From: Desulfuromonadales bacterium
GTDB taxonomy: Bacteria > Desulfobacterota > Desulfuromonadia > Geobacterales > Pseudopelobacteraceae
DNA: 32,000 nt
Reading direction: 5' to 3'
Assembly: GCA_037129255.1 (NCBI GenBank)
Contig: JBAXVG010000033.1
Location: 158-32,157, forward strand
Shown: positions 8,777 through 16,699 of the stretch, piece after piece
Numbering within the stretch: position 1 is the stretch's first letter
Layout: every line of letters begins with the position of its first letter
Translations under genes and position numbers: made by a program
Notes under the pieces: model-generated
The model's input: the letters and a program-made list of their open reading frames with translations, nothing else
What the model was told of the DNA's origin: nothing
Database searches by the model: none

Positions 8777-9934
8777 CTAACCCAGCATTTTCACAATTCG
8801 CGCCGCTGCATCGCCCAAGTTATCGCCAACCTGAACATTGAGCCCTGATTCCCGAAGGAGTGTCTTGCCTTCTTCGACCTTGCTGCCATCCATGCGCACG
8901 ACGATCGGCAGGGTACAGTTAACCTCGCTGGCCGCTTCTATGATGCCGTGAGCGATGACGTCACAACGCATGATTCCACCGAAAATATTGACGAAAATTC
9001 CTTTGACGTCGTGATCCTGCAGGATGATCTTGAAGGCTTCGGCGACCTTTTCGCGGGTTGCCCCACCCCCAACGTCCAGGAAGTTAGCAGGTTCGCCTCC
9101 GAACTCTTTGAGCACATCCAGGGTGGCCATGGCGAGACCTGCACCATTGACCAGGCACCCGATGGATCCGTTCAGCTTGATATAGGCCAGATCGTATTTG
9201 CCAGCGTTTATTTCCAGCGGATCAAGTTGAGAATAGTCCATCATGTCGGGATATTCACGATGACGATAGATGGCGTTGTCGTCAAAGGTGATCTTGGCGT
9301 CCATGGCCATCAGCCAGCCCGCTTTGGTGACCACCAGCGGATTGATCTCGATCAGGGCACAGTCCTTCTCCTGACAAGCGCGGTAAAGATTCATTATCAG
9401 TTCTACACAATCTTCGCAGACCGTTCCGATCAGCCCCAGGGCCAGCGCAATCTTGCGGGCCTGGTAGGGGCGCATTCCGGTAAAAGGATCTATAGCCAGA
9501 GTGTGGATCTTCTCCGGGCTTTTGTTGGCCACCTCTTCGATATCCATACCCCCTTCGGCCGATGCGATCAGAATATATCGTGAAGATTCGCGGTCAAGCG
9601 TAATGGACAGATAAAATTCACGGGCAATTTCAACCGCTTCTTCTACCAGGATACGACGAACTCGTAAACCTTGCGGGCCGGTCTGGTTAGTAACCAGTGT
9701 ACGGCCAAACAGCTCCTTGCCGTATTCCTGCGCCTGCTCGGGATAGTGGACCAGCTTGACTCCGCCCGCCTTGCCGCGCCCTCCGGCGTAGATCTGCGCT
9801 TTGACAACACAGCGGCCTCCCATCATCTTGGCGGCCCGTTCGACCTGGTCAGAGGTCAGTGCCACTCGACCTCTCGGTATCGGTATCCCGTAACTGTTCA
9901 GAATTTCCTTGGCCTGATACTCATGAATGTTCAT
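8777..9934 (-). CDS. sucC: succinate--CoA ligase (ADP-forming) subunit beta
   Basis: [12 protein letters not shown]..., [42 protein letters not shown]. Canonical SucC sitting directly upstream of sucD. Confidence 0.95.
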   Translation of the reverse strand: MNIHEYQAKEILNSYGIPIPRGRVALTSDQVERAAKMMGGRCVVKAQIYAGGRGKAGGVKLVHYPEQAQEYGKELFGRTLVTNQTGPQGLRVRRILVEEAVEIAREFYLSITLDRESSRYILIASAEGGMDIEEVANKSPEKIHTLAIDPFTGMRPYQARKIALALGLIGTVCEDCVELIMNLYRACQEKDCALIEINPLVVTKAGWLMAMDAKITFDDNAIYRHREYPDMMDYSQLDPLEINAGKYDLAYIKLNGSIGCLVNGAGLAMATLDVLKEFGGEPANFLDVGGGATREKVAEAFKIILQDHDVKGIFVNIFGGIMRCDVIAHGIIEAASEVNCTLPIVVRMDGSKVEEGKTLLRESGLNVQVGDNLGDAAARIVKMLG

Positions 9935-10033
9935 GTTGTACGCTCCATCGGATGAAATTTTCCGGAATTATAACAGGAAAAATCATGTATACAAGATATT
10001 TTATCAAAATTAAACTCTTTTATTCAAGCTAAA

Positions 10034-10753
10034 TTAGTTGTGAGAGGCTGTCGGAAATTTCAAGGAGCGATTAATTTCTGCGTCGGATTTACGCAGGTAA
10101 ACCGGCAGCAGTCGGGATGGCTCCAGCAAGTCTCCCCGATTGAACAGATCCAGTGCCAATAGTGTACCGTTTGAGGCGCGAGACAGGTGAAACGGAAAAG
10201 GGGCAAAAATGGCTTGATCAAGCATGCGGCTGGTGATCAGTTCATGATAACACAGAGCCCCCTCTCCGGCAAAGATCACCGGCTTGTCGGTCGCTGAAGC
10301 AAGCTGATCAAGAAAATGGGCAGGCGACATGACGCAATCGCTTAAAATAGCAGTTGGATGTGGAGTCGAACAGTCGTAGAGAGCTGCATAGACCTCGCTT
10401 TTACGGGCATCAAGCAACGCACAGACCGGATAAAGCGAGTGCGGAAAATTCATGGCCAAGAGAGCCAGCGATGAAAAGCCGGCGCATGGCTTGCCGGTTG
10501 CAAGTGCCAGCCCCTGAACTGTCGCTACACCGCCGCGCACGCCCGTGAACGAGCCGGGCCCGATGGAAGCGGCAAAGAGATCGATATCCGCGATGGCAAG
10601 GCCTGCCGTTACCACGAGACGTTCTATTTCAGAGATCAAACGGACAGACAGCGTTCTCTCGGAGTTGAAGAGCGATTCGGCAACTATCTTTTCTTTAGCT
10701 GATATCGCGACAGTGGCCATTGATGTGGATGTGTCGATAGCAAGAATGATCAT
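10034..10753 (-). CDS. tsaB: tRNA threonylcarbamoyladenosine (t6A) biosynthesis protein TsaB (YeaZ family)
   Basis: MIILAIDTSTS... and IGPGSFTGVRGGVATVQGLA are TsaB hallmarks. The start is set at the ATG at 10753, which follows AAAGGAG. The 21 residues upstream in the ORF track look non-coding. Confidence 0.85.
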   Translation of the reverse strand: MIILAIDTSTSMATVAISAKEKIVAESLFNSERTLSVRLISEIERLVVTAGLAIADIDLFAASIGPGSFTGVRGGVATVQGLALATGKPCAGFSSLALLAMNFPHSLYPVCALLDARKSEVYAALYDCSTPHPTAILSDCVMSPAHFLDQLASATDKPVIFAGEGALCYHELITSRMLDQAIFAPFPFHLSRASNGTLLALDLFNRGDLLEPSRLLPVYLRKSDAEINRSLKFPTASHN

Positions 10754-10870
10754 GAGCCGGTTCACTCCTTTTGGGTTTGAGCAGTATGGAGATGCACAAT
10801 ATACGTTGAGCGGCAATTCGTCAAAATAGAATCAGAAAAAAATCCGTTTTCATTGCCAGCAGTATTTATC

Positions 10871-10899
10871 TTGACAGCGAAAGTGTGATTACGTAAACA
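10871..10899 (+). promoter_or_regulatory. possible sigma70-type promoter for the Rrf2 regulator gene
   Basis: TTGACA (10871-10876), 17 nt, TAAACA (10894-10899), about 40 nt upstream of the ATG. Pattern only. Confidence 0.3.
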
Positions 10900-10936
10900 T
10901 CGCCCTGTTTATATTCTCCCACACAGGAAGGACGTC

Positions 10937-11413
10937 ATGCGCCTTTCAACTAAAAGCAGATATGGCCTGCGTGCCCTGTTTGATATCGCCTACAACTGCG
11001 GCAGCACTCCGACCCAGATACAGGATATTTCACGTCGACAACAGATTTCACCGCGCTATCTTGAACAGATTTTTCAAAATCTGAAGCGTGCCGGGATTTT
11101 AAAAAGCAAGCGAGGGCCTCAAGGTGGTTACGTCCTGGCCAGAAAACCTGATGAAATTACCGTTCTTGAAATATTGAACGCCACAGAACAGGATGTCCTG
11201 CTGGTTGATTGCGCCGGTATTACCCCCAAGAAACGCAAGCGCAAGACTGAATGCCCTTTTGAAGGCCAATGTGTCACTCAGACCGTCTGGGAAGAGGCCA
11301 GCACTCTTCTTGACACGCTCTTTTCTGGAATGACCCTGCAGACACTCTGCCAGAGAGGCCATGACATGGGAATTAAAAAGGAGCAGGATCCCAGCGTCAT
11401 GTACTATATCTGA
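10937..11413 (+). CDS. Rrf2-family transcriptional regulator (IscR/NsrR-like, three Cys ligands)
   Basis: MRLSTKSRYGLRALFDIA, wHTH region ISRRQQISPRYLEQIFQNLKRAGILKSKRGPQGGYVLA, and a Cys cluster VDC-x13-C-x5-C. AGGAAGGA RBS. Confidence 0.85.
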   Translation: MRLSTKSRYGLRALFDIAYNCGSTPTQIQDISRRQQISPRYLEQIFQNLKRAGILKSKRGPQGGYVLARKPDEITVLEILNATEQDVLLVDCAGITPKKRKRKTECPFEGQCVTQTVWEEASTLLDTLFSGMTLQTLCQRGHDMGIKKEQDPSVMYYI

Positions 11414-11503
11414 CAACACCGAAGACACCTTCGATCTTTTCGACTTCGCCCCTGTCCGGGCGTTTCGTCGTTTATGGTGTGTAACCGCCAAGGAGGAACG
11501 ACC

Positions 11504-12412
11504 ATGCTTGAAACTGTTGATTTCTACCGCGAGATATTGGACAACCTCTACGATGGCATTTTTTTTGTCGATACGGAAGGCCACGTTACCTACTGGAATA
11601 AGGGCGCCACCAGCCTGACCGGCTACGAATCTGATGAAGTTTATGGCAGAGATTATTGGGAAATTTTTAAACCGTTGGACAAGAACGGCAACCAGCTCTT
11701 CGAAAGCGATTCCTGCCCTATCCGAAAAGTACTTGATTCATCCTCCCTGAGTGAAGTCGAAGCTTACATCTGCCACAAGGAAGGCCACCTGATGGCGATT
11801 TCCATCAGAATCGCTCCGGTTCGAGAGGTAGATCGGCAATTCGTGGTAGCGGTTGAAATTCACAACAGCAATTCTCCCCGTTACGTTATGCGACAGCGAC
11901 TTGAAGAATTGCAGGAATTGGCCATGAATGACCCGCTGACCGGCATTGCCAACCGCCGCTTCGTCGAGATCAGCCTTGCAGCGCGCCTTGAAGAGCTTAA
12001 GCGCTACGGTTTTTCTTTTGGGATCATGTTTGTTGATGTTGATAATTTCAAGCAGATCAATGACACCCTTGGTCATCAGGTAGGAGACCGCATCCTCAAA
12101 ATGATCAGCGCAACATCGGCAAACAGCCTGCGTCCTTTCGATTTGGTCGGTCGCTGGGGTGGCGAGGAATTTATCATTCTGCTGGTCAATATTCAGCCCG
12201 AGACTCTGTTTACCCTTTCTGAACGGTTACGCCGCCTGGTAGAAAATTCGCAACTGATTCTTGACAGCGGCGAAAAAGTCCAGGTTACCGTTTCTATCGG
12301 GGCTACTATTGCGAGAATTCAGGATACAACCGATTCTCTGATAGCACGGGCCGACAAGCTTATGTACAGAAGTAAACGGGGCGGCAGGAATCTGGTTTCC
12401 ATGGATGAGTAA
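11504..12412 (+). CDS. PAS-domain diguanylate cyclase (GGDEF)
   Basis: PAS-like N-terminus (GIFFVDTEGHVTYWNKGATSLTGY) and a GGDEF domain (DPLTGIANRR, FVDVDNFKQINDTLGH, I-site RPFD five residues before GGEEF, KLMYRSKRGGRN). The start is set at the ATG at 11504, which follows AAGGAGG. Confidence 0.85.
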   Translation: MLETVDFYREILDNLYDGIFFVDTEGHVTYWNKGATSLTGYESDEVYGRDYWEIFKPLDKNGNQLFESDSCPIRKVLDSSSLSEVEAYICHKEGHLMAISIRIAPVREVDRQFVVAVEIHNSNSPRYVMRQRLEELQELAMNDPLTGIANRRFVEISLAARLEELKRYGFSFGIMFVDVDNFKQINDTLGHQVGDRILKMISATSANSLRPFDLVGRWGGEEFIILLVNIQPETLFTLSERLRRLVENSQLILDSGEKVQVTVSIGATIARIQDTTDSLIARADKLMYRSKRGGRNLVSMDE

Positions 12413-12862
12413 TTACAGATCGAGAATCATGGCGTTCTCGTCGCAGTCCGGGAACTTGACACATTTGATGCAGTCCCCCCAGACCTTGTGGGGCAATTCG
12501 GATTTGTCTACCAGACGGAAACCGAATCGGGCAAAGAAATCGGGTTTATAGGTCAGGCAGAATATGCGCCCAAGGCCGATTTCGCGAGCCTCAGCTATGC
12601 AGGCCTCCACCAGTCGGCTGCCGATGCCCTTTTGGCCGGCTTCCTCGGAAACCGCAACTGAACGCACCTCCGCCAGGTTGTCCCAGACAATATGCAGGGC
12701 GGCTGTTCCCATCAGTCTGCCATTCTCTGCAGCAACATTGTAATCACGCAACGATTCATACAACTCAGACAACGAACGGGAAAGCATATCCCCCCTGCTT
12801 GCAAAGTTGGTCAACAGTTTATGGATGTCTTTCACATCTCCCATTTGTGCTTTTCGTATCAT
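12413..12862 (-). CDS. GNAT-family N-acetyltransferase
   Basis: 149 aa. Acetyl-CoA binding motif VAVSEEAGQKGIGSRLVEA and a C-terminal Cys cluster (CIKCVKFPDC). Convergent with the GGDEF gene with no intergenic gap. Confidence 0.8.
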   Translation of the reverse strand: MIRKAQMGDVKDIHKLLTNFASRGDMLSRSLSELYESLRDYNVAAENGRLMGTAALHIVWDNLAEVRSVAVSEEAGQKGIGSRLVEACIAEAREIGLGRIFCLTYKPDFFARFGFRLVDKSELPHKVWGDCIKCVKFPDCDENAMILDL

Positions 12863-12874
12863 GACTACTCCTTT

Positions 12875-13360
12875 TTAGCGTAATCCAACCGTAACCATCA
12901 CAGGCTTTAACACCCTGATCAGCTCCGAGGGTTTCATACCGACCAGATAGCCCCGTTTGCCGCCGTTGATGTAGATATAGTGAAGGGCGGCGATACTTTC
13001 CTCCAAATACAAAGGCATCTGTAGACGCGTACCAAAAGGAGAGGTGCCGCCTACCAGATAACCGGTATGTTTTTGCGCTCTGTCCGGCTGGCAGGGTGTT
13101 ACCTGCTTAACACTCATGATGCGGGCAAGTTCCTTTGTCGATACCTGCCGATCGCCATGCATCAGGATGATCAGCGGCTGCCCGGCATCATCCTCCATTA
13201 CCAGGGTCTTTATGACGGCATGTTCGTCTACACCGAGTTCGCGCGAGGAAGCTGACGTGCCCCCTTTTTCCTCATAGGTGTAGAGATGATCCGTGAAGTC
13301 CACTTTTTCGGACCGCAAGGTACGCACGGCAGCGGTTACAGGTGGTTTCTCCTTTGCCAT
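12875..13360 (-). CDS. ybaK: Cys-tRNA(Pro)/Cys-tRNA(Cys) deacylase, YbaK/EbsC family
   Basis: TAAVRTL..., HAVIKTLVMEDD, LIILMHGDRQVSTKELA, TGYLVGGTSPFG, YINGGKRG are YbaK-family blocks. The ATG at 13360 lies 1 nt after the hypE stop, whereas the longer ORF-track start would overlap hypE. Confidence 0.8.
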   Translation of the reverse strand: MAKEKPPVTAAVRTLRSEKVDFTDHLYTYEEKGGTSASSRELGVDEHAVIKTLVMEDDAGQPLIILMHGDRQVSTKELARIMSVKQVTPCQPDRAQKHTGYLVGGTSPFGTRLQMPLYLEESIAALHYIYINGGKRGYLVGMKPSELIRVLKPVMVTVGLR

Positions 13361-13361
13361 A

Positions 13362-14381
13362 TCAACAGATCCTGGGGAGCTGTTCCCCGGACAGCATCTC
13401 AACCGATCGCATGCCTCCGATTCTCGTTTCCATTCTTACCCTCCCTGCCGGAGCAGCTTCTACTGTTCCTATGATAGCGGCGCTACTGCCAAGAGGGTGG
13501 CATCTGATGGCGGCCAAAGCTGAATCAGCTGCCTCCGCCGCCACAAAGGCCAGCAATTTACCCTCGTTTGCTACGAAAAGAGGGTCGAGCCCCAGGATCG
13601 AACAGACGCCCCGCACGGCCGGTTTAACCGGTAGCGCCGTCTCGTACAGGGTAATCGACACTCCGGATTGCATTGCGATTTCCTTGATGGTGGTGGCCAC
13701 GCCACCCCGGGTCGGATCACGCAGCACATGCAGGGCATTGCCGACTGCTCGGATTAATTCAGTTACCAGCCCGTTCAGAGAGGCAGAGTCACTTATGACA
13801 TCAGGCCCGACCTCAAGGCCTTCTCGACCCGCCATGACGGCAATACCGTGGTCGCCAACCGTTCCGCTGATGATGATTGCGTCTCCCGGACAGGCATTGG
13901 CGCCGTGAATCCGCAGTTCGTGATCCATAACCCCTATTCCGGAAGTAGTTATGAATATTTTGTCTGCTTTGCCGCGCGGCACGACTTTGGTGTCGCCGGT
14001 TACAATTCTTACACCGGCCATGTCAGCCGCTTTCCTCATGTCTTCAAGAATAATGGTAAGATCACCCTTGCTGAATCCCTCTTCGATAATAAGGCCGACA
14101 CTGAGCCAGAGCGGTCTGGCCCCCATCATGGCCAGGTCGTTGACCGTGCCGTGCACCGCCAGACTGCCGATGGTGCCTCCCGGGAAAAAGATCGGGTCGA
14201 CTACAAAAGAATCGGTGGTAAAGGCCAGGCGTCCGGTCAGAGTCTCCAGCTCCAAAAGAGCGGCATCGTTCTGACCTGACTGCGCCACTCCACTGATGAT
14301 CGGGATTATCAGTTCATCCAGAAGCTGATGTGAAAGTCTGCCGCCGCTTCCGTGGCCCAGAAGAATCAGATCATTATTCAT
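13362..14381 (-). CDS. hypE: hydrogenase maturation (carbamoyl dehydratase) protein HypE
   Basis: AIR-synthase-like fold motifs (ILLGHGSGG, DAALLE, FFPGG.IGSLAVHGTVNDLAM, GDTKV) and the diagnostic C-terminal PRIC ending in the catalytic Cys. Confidence 0.9.
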   Translation of the reverse strand: MNNDLILLGHGSGGRLSHQLLDELIIPIISGVAQSGQNDAALLELETLTGRLAFTTDSFVVDPIFFPGGTIGSLAVHGTVNDLAMMGARPLWLSVGLIIEEGFSKGDLTIILEDMRKAADMAGVRIVTGDTKVVPRGKADKIFITTSGIGVMDHELRIHGANACPGDAIIISGTVGDHGIAVMAGREGLEVGPDVISDSASLNGLVTELIRAVGNALHVLRDPTRGGVATTIKEIAMQSGVSITLYETALPVKPAVRGVCSILGLDPLFVANEGKLLAFVAAEAADSALAAIRCHPLGSSAAIIGTVEAAPAGRVRMETRIGGMRSVEMLSGEQLPRIC

Positions 14382-14576
14382 ATTGAAACAATTCCTTCCA
14401 CCGATACATGGGATCAGCCCGTTAACAAAACAGATATTTCTATTATGACTATTTCACGCAAACCGGTAAAAAGCAAATGCTAATAATTTCATTTTCCGAA
14501 TTTCAAAGATGGTTTTAAACGGAAGGTGCATGATCGTCAGTTGCCTGGTGTGTGTTCTTCAACTCCTACAAAATTC

Positions 14577-16679
14577 CTAGTAAGAAACCGGGATGGATGT
14601 TGAGATGCTGTTGGCCTTAAAGGTTCCACCTACTCCCATTTCAATACCGTTACTTCTCACAACATAGCCTTGATTGGCACAGTACAAGGTCGGATTCCAA
14701 GGCATGTACGTGCCGCTATGTGACGTGTTAAGCCATGTAGAATTAACGAGATATTTTGTATTTCCATAGATAGCACGGCGCTCTGCTACCGTCATGCAGC
14801 TCATATCATTTAGAATAAAATCTTCGACAAAAGACAGAGCCCATGTGAGGTCCGGAGTTCCATTTTGTCGTAATGTCGCAATGAATTTTTTCGTGTTGCT
14901 GGCCACATCGATAAAAGTGACTGTTATATCTGTTGTAGAGCTTGATGAGGCTACGGTCGTCATTTCGAATCGATAAGTTTTGCCTACCACCCATGGATAG
15001 GTATTGCTGCACATTACTCCACTTCCTTCATGGCTGAAATCCTGACATATCGATGTGCCGGCATTGACGATTGAAGAAGGAAGGCTGTTGTAATTCCAGA
15101 CTGAAAACTGGATTTGCCGGTCATAATATGATCCACCTCTCTGAATTCCGGTGTATCCATTATCCCAGTTAATGGCAGCATAATAGGTTCCGGTCTGATC
15201 GGTCAAAGGAGTTACATCTCTTGAGATACCGGTGGCTACAGGAAAATACTCTATGTAACTTGTTGCCAGATGATCAGGTCTTGTGGCCCAATTTTTCAAA
15301 GCGCCAGTATAAGATACGTTTGCAGTGCCTTGGCTGTTTGCAACCGTGGCTGTTAGTGTGGGAGGGGAGGATGAACCAGGCACCCAATAGACTGATGCTT
15401 GGCCGTTGGCCCCGGTAACGGTCACAGCAGGTATGGGCCAGCCGCCACTATCTGCCGACCAATTGACCGTTTGGTTATTTACAGGCAATCCGCTCTGATC
15501 GGTTACTTTGACGGTAAATGTCTGAGGGTAGGCGACTCCGGCATAATTTGCGCCAGGATCGGCATTCAGTTTTGTGATGGAAAGTTTGACTGGTGGCGGT
15601 ATAGCTGTTGTCGATGTCGTCGTTGTCACACCTTTGCCATAAACTTTGTCTCTCCATTCCGTTTCACCCTGAATATGCCAGATCGTGTTCGGTTCGGTAT
15701 AGAGCAGAGTAGCTCCCGGCGCAGTCGAAAGCCCATTCATCGGCATCAGGTAGACTTGTCCGGTCTGCTGGTTCCACCAGAGAAGCTCGGCTTTGTTGTC
15801 GCTGTTGTAGTTGCCGACACTCACGATCTCCCAGAAGGTGTTCGGTTCTGTGTACATCATGGCGCCGTTTGTAACCGATGAGCCGTTAGTCTGCATCCCA
15901 TAGACCTGTCCGGTTGTCTTATTGTGCCAGATAATCTCCGCCTTGCCGTCACCATCCAGATCGCCTGTTCCGGCTATCCGCCAGTTCGTGTTGGGTTCGG
16001 TATAGATGATTCCGGCTGTGGAGGCGTTTAATCCGTTTGTCTGGCCGATGGCCACCTGACCGGTAGTGCTGTTCCACCAGAGCAGTTCCGCTTTGCCATT
16101 GCCGTTGAAGTCAGCGGCGGCAACGCTCTTCCAGGCTGTATTCGGTTCAGTGTAGATTACGGCCCCTCCAGTCACTGTTGTTCCGTTCAGCAGCATGGCA
16201 TAGGCCTGGCCGGTCAGCTTGTTCCACCAGATCAGGTCACTCTTGCCGTCTCCGTTTATATCGCCAGTGGCTACAATACGCCAGTTGGTGTTCGATTCTG
16301 TGTAGACGACCATGCCCGACTTTACTATCGTGGCGCTGGACATCAACATGATATAGACCTGGCCGGTGCTGCTGTTCCACCAGACAAGGTCTCTGATACC
16401 ATCACCGTTAAAGTCCCCCTGTCCAACGATTGACCAGGATAAGTTCGGCTCCTGCCAGAATAGAGCGCCACCGGTGATGCTGCTCCCGTTGGCTGTCATG
16501 CCATAGACAGAGCCGTTTGTGCTGTTGTACCATGCAAAGGTGCTGTCAGTCACAGAAGCGCTGACGGTTTTTTGATTCAATTGATTCAAGCTGTTTTGGG
16601 CGGGATCGCCACAGCCCGCCAGGCTAAACAGCGTGGCAACAAGCAACCCCGCCAAGGTATTGTTAGTATGATTTCTCAT
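14577..16679 (-). CDS. lipoprotein with FG-GAP/VCBS-type beta-propeller repeats, Ig-like (Big) domain and C-terminal beta-sandwich domain
   Basis: Signal peptide plus lipobox (LFSLAGC). There are five full and two partial ~47-aa repeats of the form NTNWRIVATGDINGDGKSDLIWWNKLTGQAYAML.NG..VT.GAVIYTEP. An Ig-like segment follows (FTVKVTDQSGLPVNNQTVNWSA...GANGQASVYW). From memory, the last ~230 aa (YYAAINWDNGYTGIQRGGSYYDRQIQFSVWN) resemble DUF3472-type domains. Confidence 0.8.
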   Translation of the reverse strand: MRNHTNNTLAGLLVATLFSLAGCGDPAQNSLNQLNQKTVSASVTDSTFAWYNSTNGSVYGMTANGSSITGGALFWQEPNLSWSIVGQGDFNGDGIRDLVWWNSSTGQVYIMLMSSATIVKSGMVVYTESNTNWRIVATGDINGDGKSDLIWWNKLTGQAYAMLLNGTTVTGGAVIYTEPNTAWKSVAAADFNGNGKAELLWWNSTTGQVAIGQTNGLNASTAGIIYTEPNTNWRIAGTGDLDGDGKAEIIWHNKTTGQVYGMQTNGSSVTNGAMMYTEPNTFWEIVSVGNYNSDNKAELLWWNQQTGQVYLMPMNGLSTAPGATLLYTEPNTIWHIQGETEWRDKVYGKGVTTTTSTTAIPPPVKLSITKLNADPGANYAGVAYPQTFTVKVTDQSGLPVNNQTVNWSADSGGWPIPAVTVTGANGQASVYWVPGSSSPPTLTATVANSQGTANVSYTGALKNWATRPDHLATSYIEYFPVATGISRDVTPLTDQTGTYYAAINWDNGYTGIQRGGSYYDRQIQFSVWNYNSLPSSIVNAGTSICQDFSHEGSGVMCSNTYPWVVGKTYRFEMTTVASSSSTTDITVTFIDVASNTKKFIATLRQNGTPDLTWALSFVEDFILNDMSCMTVAERRAIYGNTKYLVNSTWLNTSHSGTYMPWNPTLYCANQGYVVRSNGIEMGVGGTFKANSISTSIPVSY

Positions 16680-16699
16680 GATTTACTCTCACTATCAGC

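Noticed and set aside
11099-11584. 161-aa minus-strand ORF bridging the Rrf2 and GGDEF genes
   Set aside because: It overlaps two confidently identified plus-strand genes and their intergenic RBS. No motifs.
14577-16679. FG-GAP lipoprotein as a component of the GmrSD or TIR systems
   Set aside because: Only proximity (20 nt after the GmrSD stop) supports this. A secreted propeller/Ig/lectin-like architecture has no known link to intracellular defence and is more likely a surface-binding protein.
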